A DNA stretch of 64,000 bases from contig CAYLVW010000003.1 in assembly GCA_964387275.1 (NCBI GenBank), positions 45,796 to 109,795 on the forward strand, in the 5' to 3' direction. Below, in pieces: positions 19,628 through 29,546 of the stretch. Made by a program: the position numbers and the translations under genes. Origin of the DNA: an uncultured Candidatus Saccharibacteria bacterium. GTDB taxonomy: Bacteria > Patescibacteriota > WWE3 > UBA101185 > UBA10185. A model generated the notes under the pieces. It was given only the letters and a program-made list of their open reading frames with translations. It was not told the origin of the DNA and ran no database searches. Position 1 is the first letter of the stretch. Every line of letters begins with the position of its first letter.

Positions 19628-20542
19628 TTATTGGATCTGAGCCCCGTTGTTAAAAACTGCGAAATCAAACATTGCGGGCAAGAAGTTGTACGATCTAAAC
19701 ACAGTTACTATTTTCGTAGCTGAAACATTGCTACTACTACTTAACTCACCTGTAGATTCAATCATGTAACCTTGGTAGGGAAGAGTGGCGCCTGCCGCAA
19801 ACCTAACATCTGCGTCAGCTCCAACGACCCTAACTCTTAAACCAACTACGTTATTTAACCCATTTATCGTTACGGCACTTTCAGTACCACTATTTGTGGC
19901 AGTAACACTACCTCCCACTGTACTAAACACACCACAACCTGTATATGGACAGTATAGGGATTTTAAAAGAGGGGAATTACCACTATTACCATAACCAAGC
20001 ACATAAATTGCAGGCTGTGTAGAACCTCCATCTGTTGCTCTCCAATACATCTGAATATTACCTCCTGAGTACCCATTGAGGTTCAATTCGTAAACTTCAT
20101 CTTTTTTTACCTTAACAGTAAAGTCGTTGCCGTTTGGGTAATTTGCTACTTTCACATATGCGGTAGCATCAATATTATCGCTACCTGTACCTGTAAAAGA
20201 CAGGGTACATGCGTTTCTACCAGACCCTACAAACCCTGCGTCACTTCCAGCTTGCTGGCATTTAGCCAAATCTGGGTTAGAAGTCAGAGCCCCAAGTTGG
20301 GTATCGTTAAGCCCCAAGTATCTCTCAGCCCCTCCCTCAGCAACAGCTGTAACTCTATAAGAAGTGTCAGTCTGACTTATTCTAGATATCGAAGATAGAT
20401 TTCTGAGCGAAATACTTGTAACAATAGCAAGAGCTACAGTAAGACTCACAATAACAAACAGTAAAGCCTGGCCAGACTGATTAGTTAAAATATAAGTTTT
20501 GTTAACAAATTTTCTATACATAATTAATTTCCATAATACCAA
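19628..20542 (-). CDS. PilX-like protein, cassette B
   Basis: 'NQSGQALLFVIVSLTVALAIVTSISLRNL'. Paralog of 15234-16157. Confidence 0.6.
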   Translation of the reverse strand: MVLWKLIMYRKFVNKTYILTNQSGQALLFVIVSLTVALAIVTSISLRNLSSISRISQTDTSYRVTAVAEGGAERYLGLNDTQLGALTSNPDLAKCQQAGSDAGFVGSGRNACTLSFTGTGSDNIDATAYVKVANYPNGNDFTVKVKKDEVYELNLNGYSGGNIQMYWRATDGGSTQPAIYVLGYGNSGNSPLLKSLYCPYTGCGVFSTVGGSVTATNSGTESAVTINGLNNVVGLRVRVVGADADVRFAAGATLPYQGYMIESTGELSSSSNVSATKIVTVFRSYNFLPAMFDFAVFNNGAQIQ

Positions 20543-23301
20543 CTAATATTATTTACAAATACTCCGGTGTTATTTGAATTTGAGGAAGCTCTTTCAGCTG
20601 CAGTCATAGTTGATAAATATTGGGTGGAGTACTGCACAACAGTAGAGGGTATAGTATTTGTATTTATTCTGTTCCTTTTAAAGTGAACTCTGCTGTTAGA
20701 TACCAAAAACCCCGAGACATTAAGTGTAGTATCAGGAGTTGGACTACCCTGAGTTTCAACTATCACTTGATTACTACCAACAGCCATAAACCCACCCTGC
20801 ATATTCTGGGTAACACCGTCCCCACCAACCACAGGTGCAAAGATAGCATCACGTAAAAACACAAACACCACACGCTCGTTTGCACTAGAAGAAAGAATGT
20901 TTTTTGTGATATTTAGGCTTGAGGAATCACCAACATAAATAGTAACCACAGAATTAGCGTTATTGATATTGTAGGTAACAGTTCCAGACGAACCACCTGC
21001 CCAAGAATTAAATATTGCAGATGGAGCAAAATAACATCTATTTGAATCCAAATTACTAAAAGTAGAAACATTGGATATTGTGTTAGCAGAACAGGCAGAA
21101 GGCACTGAAGTTGTATAGGAGGCTGGCCATAAATTCATGGCTGCAGAATCAGATGCGTCATAAAAACCACCCGTTGATTCATATAAAGTAGAACCGGACG
21201 GAGACACGGAAGCATTAGAATGGAAATACCCACTGCCACCCACACTATCTTTGTCTGCAAGTACAAATCTTTCAAAGGATGGATTAACAATATTTGGAAG
21301 GGCCATGTTCATGCCACCATTTGAAAAAACGTCCCCTTCATAAACAGTAATCCAAGAAGTTGGTGGGGAAGCAATAAATCCAAGTCTCCATGTGCTAACA
21401 CTTGCGTTAATCGTTTGGGAAGGGGATAAAGTAATGCAGTTTCCTGCTGAGATTGTATGCTCATTACCATTGCCTGAAATACCATCTAAGTCGACACAAC
21501 TTAAGGCATAGTTATTACCTGCATTAGGGGATAATGTAGCACATACTTGATTTGCATTGGTACCACTCGTAATATTAGGAACCGACCAATTTGTCCCAGC
21601 TATACTACCTGTAAAAGTTCCATTAACTGAAACGTTTCCTGAGTTGCCATTTGTTGCACCACTGGTATCAGCTACACAAGCAGTGGTTGTTACAAATGTT
21701 GTTCCAGAAACTGTTCTGGAAGGAGGATTTAGGGTCACAGTCACAACATCGTTAGCAGTCGCAAAATTACTTCCGGCATTTCTATCGCATCTCTGATAGG
21801 ATAAAAGACTACTTGCTGCCCAACTCCTTCCTTGACCATCGCCATTACACACTCCCACATTATCACTTACTTTAACAAGTACCTGATATGTACCAGGTAC
21901 CGAGGTTGCTGTATTCCATGTAGCGTTATTTAAAGTACAAGAAGGAGACCCTGCAGCACAACTAGCTGTACCAAAATCAACAAAACCTGTAGCTAGGGAA
22001 TATCTGGTAGCTGTTACAAAGGCAGCATAGTTTGGTGCATATGTGTCGTCAAGGTTTGAATCAGTTCCATTGGCATTCAATTGAATTACATCCCCCACTT
22101 GAGCTGTAATTGTTCTTGTAGATTGAGCAACACCATTTACCCGAACTGCGTTTGTATCAATCCAGCCTCTAGGTAACACATTTAGGTAAATATTGTATCT
22201 GTCATAAGAGGTGCCATTTCTATCACATCTGGTCCAAGGTTCCTGAAACGGACTGGTCCAAGCAGTGTAGGCGTTACCTGAGCACTGGTAACCACTTCTA
22301 TCGTACACATTTACAACTGCCTGCCATCTCGATCCGGAAATTAAGTCTCCCATAATTGGAGACCACTGATTAGTTGAGACGCTACAACTTGCACTATTAG
22401 CAGGGCAAGCTGGTACACCCCATCCAACCCAGCCCCCGGTGTAATCTGAACAATTGCCGTTAGTAGAATTACAGGCCCTTCTAAAAGCCCATACGTTTGC
22501 TAATCCGTTGTAAGTAGTACCTGGGTGAGGATCAATACCGCTTACTGTTAATTGAATCGGTGCTTCAGCAGAATTTATGTCATCTCTTATGGTAATAAAA
22601 GTGTCTCTTATATCACCACCTGTGGGATCTGCGGGATTATAAATCATACCAGTAGGTGGAGTAGCTTTATGCAAATTACCTATAACACTACCGCAGTACG
22701 ATCCCCCAGCATATGCTGAGGCATTCATATAAGCGTCTACAAAAATCCTTGTATCTGGTTGGTGTGTTGAATGCAGTTCAAGTTGATCAGTAACTCTCCA
22801 AACCCCACCCCCAACATCAGTGGCAGGAAGTATTCTTTCGTCATCTTTATTATTTAATGGTGACCAGATATGAAACCAAACACTGGATGCGTTAGACACA
22901 CCATTTGCTTGGACAGTAAAGTTTCCTGCATCCTGGTTAAAATTTACCTGAGGCGCTGTGACACTAGTACAAGAAGGTCCGGCAGCGCCAAGATCTACAG
23001 TATACTTTCCCGAGGTACCATAGGGACAAGACTCATCACAAATAGCCCCATAGAAAGGATGTGAAGCAACACTACAATGAGAACCGGAGCCATATGTAGA
23101 GGAGTACCAACAAGAAACAGCGTTACAAGAGTCACATCTATAGGATCTTCCTGCGTTTGTCCATGTATCGCCAGGATTCCTACCTTGGCAAGTATCACAA
23201 GCAAATGAAACTCTCGGTACAACCACATTTACTAAAACAAGTGCAACTACTATAAAAAGATAACTAAAGTGCTGCCTATTCATTGAAAAATACTCCAACA
23301 A
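20524..23301 (-). CDS. Giant secreted Cys-rich protein, cassette B (candidate pilus-tip adhesin)
   Basis: 925 aa. 'CDTCQGRNPGDTWTNAGRSYRCDSCNAVSC'. Conserved blocks 'VWFHIWSPLNNKDDERIL' and 'GGGVWRVTDQLELH' shared with cassette A. Confidence 0.6.
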   Translation of the reverse strand: MLEYFSMNRQHFSYLFIVVALVLVNVVVPRVSFACDTCQGRNPGDTWTNAGRSYRCDSCNAVSCWYSSTYGSGSHCSVASHPFYGAICDESCPYGTSGKYTVDLGAAGPSCTSVTAPQVNFNQDAGNFTVQANGVSNASSVWFHIWSPLNNKDDERILPATDVGGGVWRVTDQLELHSTHQPDTRIFVDAYMNASAYAGGSYCGSVIGNLHKATPPTGMIYNPADPTGGDIRDTFITIRDDINSAEAPIQLTVSGIDPHPGTTYNGLANVWAFRRACNSTNGNCSDYTGGWVGWGVPACPANSASCSVSTNQWSPIMGDLISGSRWQAVVNVYDRSGYQCSGNAYTAWTSPFQEPWTRCDRNGTSYDRYNIYLNVLPRGWIDTNAVRVNGVAQSTRTITAQVGDVIQLNANGTDSNLDDTYAPNYAAFVTATRYSLATGFVDFGTASCAAGSPSCTLNNATWNTATSVPGTYQVLVKVSDNVGVCNGDGQGRSWAASSLLSYQRCDRNAGSNFATANDVVTVTLNPPSRTVSGTTFVTTTACVADTSGATNGNSGNVSVNGTFTGSIAGTNWSVPNITSGTNANQVCATLSPNAGNNYALSCVDLDGISGNGNEHTISAGNCITLSPSQTINASVSTWRLGFIASPPTSWITVYEGDVFSNGGMNMALPNIVNPSFERFVLADKDSVGGSGYFHSNASVSPSGSTLYESTGGFYDASDSAAMNLWPASYTTSVPSACSANTISNVSTFSNLDSNRCYFAPSAIFNSWAGGSSGTVTYNINNANSVVTIYVGDSSSLNITKNILSSSANERVVFVFLRDAIFAPVVGGDGVTQNMQGGFMAVGSNQVIVETQGSPTPDTTLNVSGFLVSNSRVHFKRNRINTNTIPSTVVQYSTQYLSTMTAAERASSNSNNTGVFVNNISWYYGN

Positions 23302-23884
23302 ATTTAACTACTTTCTTGAGTTGATAAGATTGATCGTCATAATATTTTATTGAAACTTGCTTATTTAGAGCTGTTGCTATATCAGACGCAAATACTTTCG
23401 TTAAAACAGGAACTTCGGAATTAGTATTGGCAGACAAAACAAGAACTCTATTGGAAGAAGTGCTAGTTTCAAATGAAACTCTAAGCAGGTAATCAGAAAA
23501 ACTATATGTTCTAAGGGTATATAAGTCACCACTCTCAAGTTTTATATCCATAGTGCCGCTAGTAGAATCTACACCAGTGATTATACCGGTAACCAAAGTT
23601 CCTGCGTCAAGAAGGGAATAAATATCTGTAAGATCATCCTTACGTAAAGAAGGAGAGGTAGAGTTACCGGATTCAAAAGAATTTATAAACTCTCTATCAG
23701 CACCCTCCCCATCAAAAACACCATCTTTAGAATCAGAACCAAAATTATACCCATTAATCTGCACCGGAATAAGACCAAAGTATATAGAACCACCCAAAAG
23801 AGCAACAAAAATGAAAACAAATAATATCACTATCCTAAAACCAATGAAACCTTTAACATTTTCGGCAGAATTTACGTGTTTCAT
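23276..23884 (-). CDS. Small single-TM protein, cassette B
   Basis: 'NVKGFIGFRIVILFVFIFVALLGGSIYF'. Paralog of 18889-19494. Confidence 0.5.
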   Translation of the reverse strand: MKHVNSAENVKGFIGFRIVILFVFIFVALLGGSIYFGLIPVQINGYNFGSDSKDGVFDGEGADREFINSFESGNSTSPSLRKDDLTDIYSLLDAGTLVTGIITGVDSTSGTMDIKLESGDLYTLRTYSFSDYLLRVSFETSTSSNRVLVLSANTNSEVPVLTKVFASDIATALNKQVSIKYYDDQSYQLKKVVKFVGVFFNE

Positions 23885-24786
23885 ATATTCATATAAATTT
23901 TGACTAATTCAACACCAAAAAGCAAGGCTGTAATAGAACCTAAAACTAAAAAGGGTCCAAACGGAATGGTATCTTTTATGGATTTTCTCTTCAAAACAAT
24001 TAATACAAGGCTGTATAAGGCCCCATAGACAAAACCTAGGAAAATAGCAAGAATTGCATATGGAAATCCATTTACAAGTCCTATCAAAAATCCAAGTTTA
24101 AGATCTCCACCACCCATTCCACGACCCTTAGTAAGGATTATTAGTGCTAGAAAGAATAACGAGATAAGAAACGCAGTCAAAAATACTCCTCCCAAATCTA
24201 AGACACTTTCTTTTATCACATCATTAAAATACCCAACTTTAAGCAGGTATTGACCAAAATCATTGTCTGATAGCGCACTATAGATACTAACAAGCCTAAA
24301 ACTAAAATTAGAAATATAATACAAAATAGAAACCACTACTCCTGTATAAATAGCTCCATTTGGAATAATTGTGTATTTAGCATCAGCCAATACAATAACA
24401 ATAAAAATACAAAGTATAAGAAGCAGGTAGGCAAAATTTAGATAAGCGAATGGGGTAGTTACCTTGGTAATAGAAGTTATGACACCAATCAATACAAAAG
24501 CCACACCAGTCAGAGATTCAGAAATTGGGTAGGACATGGATAGCGGGTTGCTACAGTACCTACACCTCCCGCGCAACAAATAAAATGAAACCAAGGGAAG
24601 TAAGTCTCTAGGCGCAAGTGTAGTGTCACACTTGTCACATTTGGACCTACCTCTTACAAATGATTCATTTCTATAGCTTCTGTCAGCAATCACATTCAAA
24701 AAAGAACCTACAAACAAGCCTACAATAAATAAGAACGTATATACAGAAACATCTATAACTAAAGGTAGGGAAGAGTAATCAACCAT
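23881..24786 (-). CDS. pilD: Prepilin peptidase PilD (A24 family)
   Basis: N-terminal Cys tetrad 'CDKCDTTL...CRYC'. Polytopic membrane protein. Confidence 0.85.
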   Translation of the reverse strand: MVDYSSLPLVIDVSVYTFLFIVGLFVGSFLNVIADRSYRNESFVRGRSKCDKCDTTLAPRDLLPLVSFYLLRGRCRYCSNPLSMSYPISESLTGVAFVLIGVITSITKVTTPFAYLNFAYLLLILCIFIVIVLADAKYTIIPNGAIYTGVVVSILYYISNFSFRLVSIYSALSDNDFGQYLLKVGYFNDVIKESVLDLGGVFLTAFLISLFFLALIILTKGRGMGGGDLKLGFLIGLVNGFPYAILAIFLGFVYGALYSLVLIVLKRKSIKDTIPFGPFLVLGSITALLFGVELVKIYMNI

Positions 24787-24788
24787 AA

Positions 24789-25319
24789 CTATAATATTAT
24801 TAAAGAGGTGCCAACCTCATAAAATGAATTATCATCTCCACCATCTGTTGTCATCTTTGAAGCATTATCGGGGGATTCTAAAACACCGTTAATTTCAAAA
24901 TTATTTCCATCTGACCCATAAGTGTAAACGTATGTTCCAGAGTTTGTAGGATCAAGAGGTAACACCTGTATGAAATTAGCCAGACCAGCTTTGCCAGAAG
25001 GAACCACAAATTTCACATAGCCTGAACCATCTATACCAATACCACCTAAACTACTACTACAATCAGTACAGCTGGAAGTACTGCTTAATGTAAGCTGTCC
25101 GTCTGCTTGAGCAAGTAGTAGAGCTTTTACTAGGGTGTTCATATCTTCGGTACGCCTTGCATCACGACCTTTGGCCAAAAAATCCCCAGGTTTAAGAACC
25201 GTCAAAAGCAACCCACTCATAATAGAAACAACAGCAATAACAATCATTAACTCTATTAAGGTAAAACCATTTCTGATTTTAAAGTAAGACTTAAAGTAGG
25301 TAGGTAGGTTCATACACAT
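24789..25319 (-). CDS. Type IV (pre)pilin-like protein
   Basis: 'RNGFTLIELMIVIAVVSIMSGLLL...AKGRDARRTEDM'. Confidence 0.7.
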   Translation of the reverse strand: MCMNLPTYFKSYFKIRNGFTLIELMIVIAVVSIMSGLLLTVLKPGDFLAKGRDARRTEDMNTLVKALLLAQADGQLTLSSTSSCTDCSSSLGGIGIDGSGYVKFVVPSGKAGLANFIQVLPLDPTNSGTYVYTYGSDGNNFEINGVLESPDNASKMTTDGGDDNSFYEVGTSLIIL

Positions 25320-25320
25320 A

Positions 25321-26529
25321 TTATTGTATAGAACTGGTGATCTTGTATATAGGGGTAATAATTGAAACGATCAAAACACCAACCATAGCTCCAAGCATAA
25401 TTAAGATCAAAGGTTCTAAGGCAGCGGATAACCCCTTAACTGCGTTGTCTGTTTCACCTTCAAAATAATCAGCTACTCTAGTAAGAACTTGATCAATTTG
25501 ACCGGTTTCTTCTCCAACAGATACCATTTGACCAAGTAAAGGAGGGTAAACCTTAGTGTTACTCTTAAAATAATCGGATAAAGAATTACCCTTTTCAACG
25601 GTTTTGGCAGCAACAAGGGTGGCATCACGAAGCTGTTTATTTTGTATAACTTTTCCAACGATATTTAAAGCTTCCACAATTGGTATAGCTGAAGATATTA
25701 ATAACCCAAGAGTTCTGGTAAATTGTGTAATATCCTTTTGCTTATTAATTTTCCCAAAAACCGGTAATCTAAAAGCTACAAAGGAGGCAAAATTCTGACC
25801 GTCTTCAGTACCTAAGTAGTACCTTCCAAAGAAAAAAGCTAATACAACTATACCTATTGCTATATACCAGTAGTTAATCATGAAGTCAGAAATCCCAATC
25901 ATGATTTGGGTTTCTAGGGGAAGTTGAACATTTAGGCTTTTATACATGGACGCAAGCTTGGGAACAACAAGTATCATAAGCAGAACAAAAACACCAACCA
26001 TAGCCAAAAATACAATGGCAGGATAAATCATAGCAGCCTTAAACTTTGCGTCTAGCTCACGTTCTGCTTCCATATTGGTGGCAAGTCTTTTCAAAATTTC
26101 ATCTAACCTACCGGAGGACTCACCAGCTTTAACAAGAGCTTGATAAGTTTGCCCAAAAACTTTTGGGTGACGGGCGAATGCTTCGGATAGGGAAGTACCA
26201 CCTTCCACAGACCTCAAACAATCCAAAATAATACCCTTGAATGTCTTGTTCTGAGTTTGATCTGCCAACACCTCTAAAGCCCTTGATAAAGGAAGTCCAG
26301 CTGAAATCATAGTTGAAAATTGTCTGGTAAAGGCAACGATCTCATTTATGGGAACACCCATTATGCTAAAAACATCATCCAAAAATGAGGAACGTTTTTC
26401 ATTGATTGATATAACAAAAAGCCCTTGGTTCTTAAGCAAGGTTACCGCAATAGACTCGGATCTTGCATCAACAGTACCTGACCTCTTACCTCCTGAAAAA
26501 TCTGTAGCAATATAAGTATATAAAGGCAT
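25321..26529 (-). CDS. pilC: Type IV pilus platform protein PilC (GspF family)
   Basis: Two GspF repeats and 3 TM. 402 aa. Confidence 0.85.
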   Translation of the reverse strand: MPLYTYIATDFSGGKRSGTVDARSESIAVTLLKNQGLFVISINEKRSSFLDDVFSIMGVPINEIVAFTRQFSTMISAGLPLSRALEVLADQTQNKTFKGIILDCLRSVEGGTSLSEAFARHPKVFGQTYQALVKAGESSGRLDEILKRLATNMEAERELDAKFKAAMIYPAIVFLAMVGVFVLLMILVVPKLASMYKSLNVQLPLETQIMIGISDFMINYWYIAIGIVVLAFFFGRYYLGTEDGQNFASFVAFRLPVFGKINKQKDITQFTRTLGLLISSAIPIVEALNIVGKVIQNKQLRDATLVAAKTVEKGNSLSDYFKSNTKVYPPLLGQMVSVGEETGQIDQVLTRVADYFEGETDNAVKGLSAALEPLILIMLGAMVGVLIVSIITPIYKITSSIQ

Positions 26530-26530
26530 A

Positions 26531-27595
26531 TTATCTTCCTTTTAGAAGCCTCCTAAGTTCGTCCGGTCTAAGTGTCCATTTCATAGCATCGGAAACATCT
26601 ACATTTCCTGAATCCACTAAAGTGGCCAAGCTTCTTTCTAGTGTAACCATACCTTGATTAGCTGCAGTTTGAATAGCATTATCAAGTAAATGAGTTTTTC
26701 CTTCTCTAATTAGATTTCTAACAGCATCTGTCGCTAGCATTATCTCAAGAGCTGGTATAACGCCGCCCTTAGTAGAAGGTATAAGTCTCTGAGATACTAT
26801 AACTTCAAGCACCTGAGATAACTGGACTCGGATCTGATTTTGTTTTGCTTCCGGAAAAGAACTAATAATTCTTTCGACAGACTGAGAAGCAGAATTTGTA
26901 TGTAATGTACCAAACACCAGGTGACCTGTTTCAGCAATCTCTAGAGTTGCAGACATAGTAGCCTCATCCCTCATTTCTCCAATCATAACGACATTTGGAT
27001 CTTGCCTTAGTACTGATTTTAAAGCCACATCCCAGGAGTGGCTATCTATAAACATTTCTCTTTGATCAATAAGTGATTTCTTATTTACGAATGTGTATTC
27101 AATAGGGTCCTCAATAGATACTATGTGCTCGGCTCTATTAGTATTGATGTGATCTATCATGGATGCAATAGTTGTAGATTTACCATGACCAGTAGGACCA
27201 ACTACCAACACCAACCCCTGCTTCATCTCACAAAACTTCTCAACAATTGGAGGTAAACTCAAATCTTTTAGGGTTGGAATTTTCATAGATATAAGCCTCA
27301 TTGCAACAGAAACATAACCCCTTTGGTAAAACGCGTTGACCCTAAATCTTGCCTTAGTACCAAGTGCAACAGAAAAATCTAACTCTTTGTTTACATCAAG
27401 TATGTCTAGCTGCTCTCGCTCAAGAATTTGGGAAAGAAAAAAATCCATGTCCTCTATGGACATAGGATCATAATCAGAAAGTAACTGAAGCTTGGTATTA
27501 ATCCTAACTGTAGGCACCTGACCAATAGCTAAGTGCAAATCTGAGGCATTAAGCTTAAGAACTTGTTCTAATAATTGTGTTACGTTTAATTTCAT
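26531..27595 (-). CDS. pilT: Twitching motility / retraction ATPase PilT
   Basis: 'GPTGHGKSTT' Walker A. 354 aa, PilT length and motifs. Confidence 0.85.
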   Translation of the reverse strand: MKLNVTQLLEQVLKLNASDLHLAIGQVPTVRINTKLQLLSDYDPMSIEDMDFFLSQILEREQLDILDVNKELDFSVALGTKARFRVNAFYQRGYVSVAMRLISMKIPTLKDLSLPPIVEKFCEMKQGLVLVVGPTGHGKSTTIASMIDHINTNRAEHIVSIEDPIEYTFVNKKSLIDQREMFIDSHSWDVALKSVLRQDPNVVMIGEMRDEATMSATLEIAETGHLVFGTLHTNSASQSVERIISSFPEAKQNQIRVQLSQVLEVIVSQRLIPSTKGGVIPALEIMLATDAVRNLIREGKTHLLDNAIQTAANQGMVTLERSLATLVDSGNVDVSDAMKWTLRPDELRRLLKGR

Positions 27596-27709
27596 GGCAG
27601 TTACTAGATTTGCTAAACATATACTTTGAAAACAAATCTATTGTACTTTCTTACCCTTTCTTAAAAGGATTTATCTATAGGAAGTGGTGCTCCCAACAAA
27701 TAAATCACC

Positions 27710-29473
27710 TTAAGACTTAGCTACCCTCATAACTTCTTCCAAAGTTGTAATACCTTCTAAAACTCTCAAATACCCATCCTGCATTAAGCTTAACATACCT
27801 TCTTCTTGGGCAACACTATCAAGCTTTGTAGCAGAGCTGTTATCAAGAACCAAGTGGCCAATCTGATCTGACATTACTAGTAACTCATAAATACCAAGCC
27901 TACCTTTGTATCCAGTATTGTTACATTTTTCACAACCCTTTCCTTTTTTTACCTTGATTTTGCCGTCTTTATACTTTTTCACAATTCTTGCAATATCAGG
28001 ATCCTTAGTCATAAGAACTTTACTTTTTTCAATGGAAACTAATACTCTTTTAATGCTTTCCTCAATTTCTTCAGGCACATCCTGCTCCTCACCACAATTT
28101 GGACAAACTTTCCTGACTAGTCTCTGGGCTAAAACAGCATTAAGTGTAGATGCCAATAAGAAATTTTCTACTCCCATATCAAGAAGCCTGGGTAAGGCGC
28201 CTGCGGCAGAATTAGTGTGAAGGGTAGATAAAACTAAGTGCCCAGTTAGAGCAGCTTGAACAGCCAAGTTAGCAGTCTCACCATCTCTAATCTCTCCTAC
28301 CATTATTATGTTTGGGTCTTGCCTTAAAAATGATCTAAGGGCAGAAGCAAAAGTAAGTCCTGCTTGAGGGTTAATTTGCACTTGATTAACCCCGGGAACT
28401 CTAATTTCTACAGGATCCTCAGCGGTGACTGTATTAACCCTAACTGTATTTAGCTTGGATAGGGCAGAGGCTAATGTAACAGTTTTACCTGAACCTGTAG
28501 GACCTGTTACTAAAACCATCCCAGTTGGTTTTAAAATTGCTTCTTCTAATCTTCGTAGAGTAAGCCCCCGTAATCCTAAATCTTTAAATGTAAAAACAGC
28601 TCCTTCTTCTTTCAAAAGCCTAATAACTACTTTCTCACCGTAGATAATTGGAAGAGTAGAAACCCTTAAATCAGTTTGAGTATTACCTACCTGAACTTTA
28701 AATCTACCGTCCTGGGGAACACGCTTCTCATCTATCTTCATTTTTGCGAGAATTTTGATTCTAGCTACTACAGATTCTTGCATTTCTTTCGGTAATACTC
28801 TCTTTTCCTCTAAAATTCCGTCAATTCTGTATCTTAGTCTGGTACCTTTTTCTGAAGGCTCTAGGTGTACATCGGATGCACCAGTTTTAACAGCTGTTTC
28901 TAAAATCATTCCAACAATTCTCGCAATCGGAGCATCCCTTATTGTAGCGTCAGTAAGTTCACCAGAATTTTCTTCAAGTTTTAAGGTTGTCTGGTTAATC
29001 TCTTCAAGAGCTGCACTAATTTCCTCGCCAATTGCCTTACCTTTTTCCTCTTCAAGTACCCGTTCTACATCTTTAGGAGTTGTGATATAGGGAACTACTT
29101 TGTAGCCAGTTTTTCTTTCAAGAAATTCAATGGTCTGAAGATCCATAGGATCTACCATTGCGAGAGATAAGCGATCTCCATCAAGGTAGAAGGGAACTAC
29201 ATTGTATTTTTTTGCAACATTAAGTGGAACTAAATCCAAAAGAGCTGGATCAGGTTTTACCGTAGCAAGGTCAACAAATGATATCCCATACATTTCACCA
29301 TAAACTTTTACAAAGTCATCATTACTAACGTAACCTCGTTCTTTTATAATCTGGACGGTATCTTTTCCCGTGTTGGAACGCTCAAATTTTATTGCGGAGA
29401 GCTGATCAGCAGTAAGTAAATGCTTGTCGTAAAGTACATCTTCAATTGATTTTGAATTGTCACTAAAAATCAT
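27710..29473 (-). CDS. pilB: Type IV pilus assembly ATPase PilB (GspE family)
   Basis: 'GPTGSGKT' Walker A. C-terminal tetracysteine 'CPNCGEE...CEKCNNTGYKGR'. The track ORF extends to 29539; start set at the MIFSDNSK ATG. Confidence 0.85.
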   Translation of the reverse strand: MIFSDNSKSIEDVLYDKHLLTADQLSAIKFERSNTGKDTVQIIKERGYVSNDDFVKVYGEMYGISFVDLATVKPDPALLDLVPLNVAKKYNVVPFYLDGDRLSLAMVDPMDLQTIEFLERKTGYKVVPYITTPKDVERVLEEEKGKAIGEEISAALEEINQTTLKLEENSGELTDATIRDAPIARIVGMILETAVKTGASDVHLEPSEKGTRLRYRIDGILEEKRVLPKEMQESVVARIKILAKMKIDEKRVPQDGRFKVQVGNTQTDLRVSTLPIIYGEKVVIRLLKEEGAVFTFKDLGLRGLTLRRLEEAILKPTGMVLVTGPTGSGKTVTLASALSKLNTVRVNTVTAEDPVEIRVPGVNQVQINPQAGLTFASALRSFLRQDPNIIMVGEIRDGETANLAVQAALTGHLVLSTLHTNSAAGALPRLLDMGVENFLLASTLNAVLAQRLVRKVCPNCGEEQDVPEEIEESIKRVLVSIEKSKVLMTKDPDIARIVKKYKDGKIKVKKGKGCEKCNNTGYKGRLGIYELLVMSDQIGHLVLDNSSATKLDSVAQEEGMLSLMQDGYLRVLEGITTLEEVMRVAKS

Positions 29474-29546
29474 AGGGCAGTGTGTGGTGCAAAACCAATG
29501 CAAACGAGTGGTTTGCCCACATTGAAAATAATGATACATTAAAGGA

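Noticed and set aside
29474-29539. N-terminal extension of the pilB ORF ('MYHYFQCGQTTRLHWFCTTHCP').
   Set aside because: The Cys/His-rich peptide is not PilB-like and the canonical PilB N-terminus starts at the MIFSDNSK ATG. The extension probably comes from an upstream in-frame alternative start.
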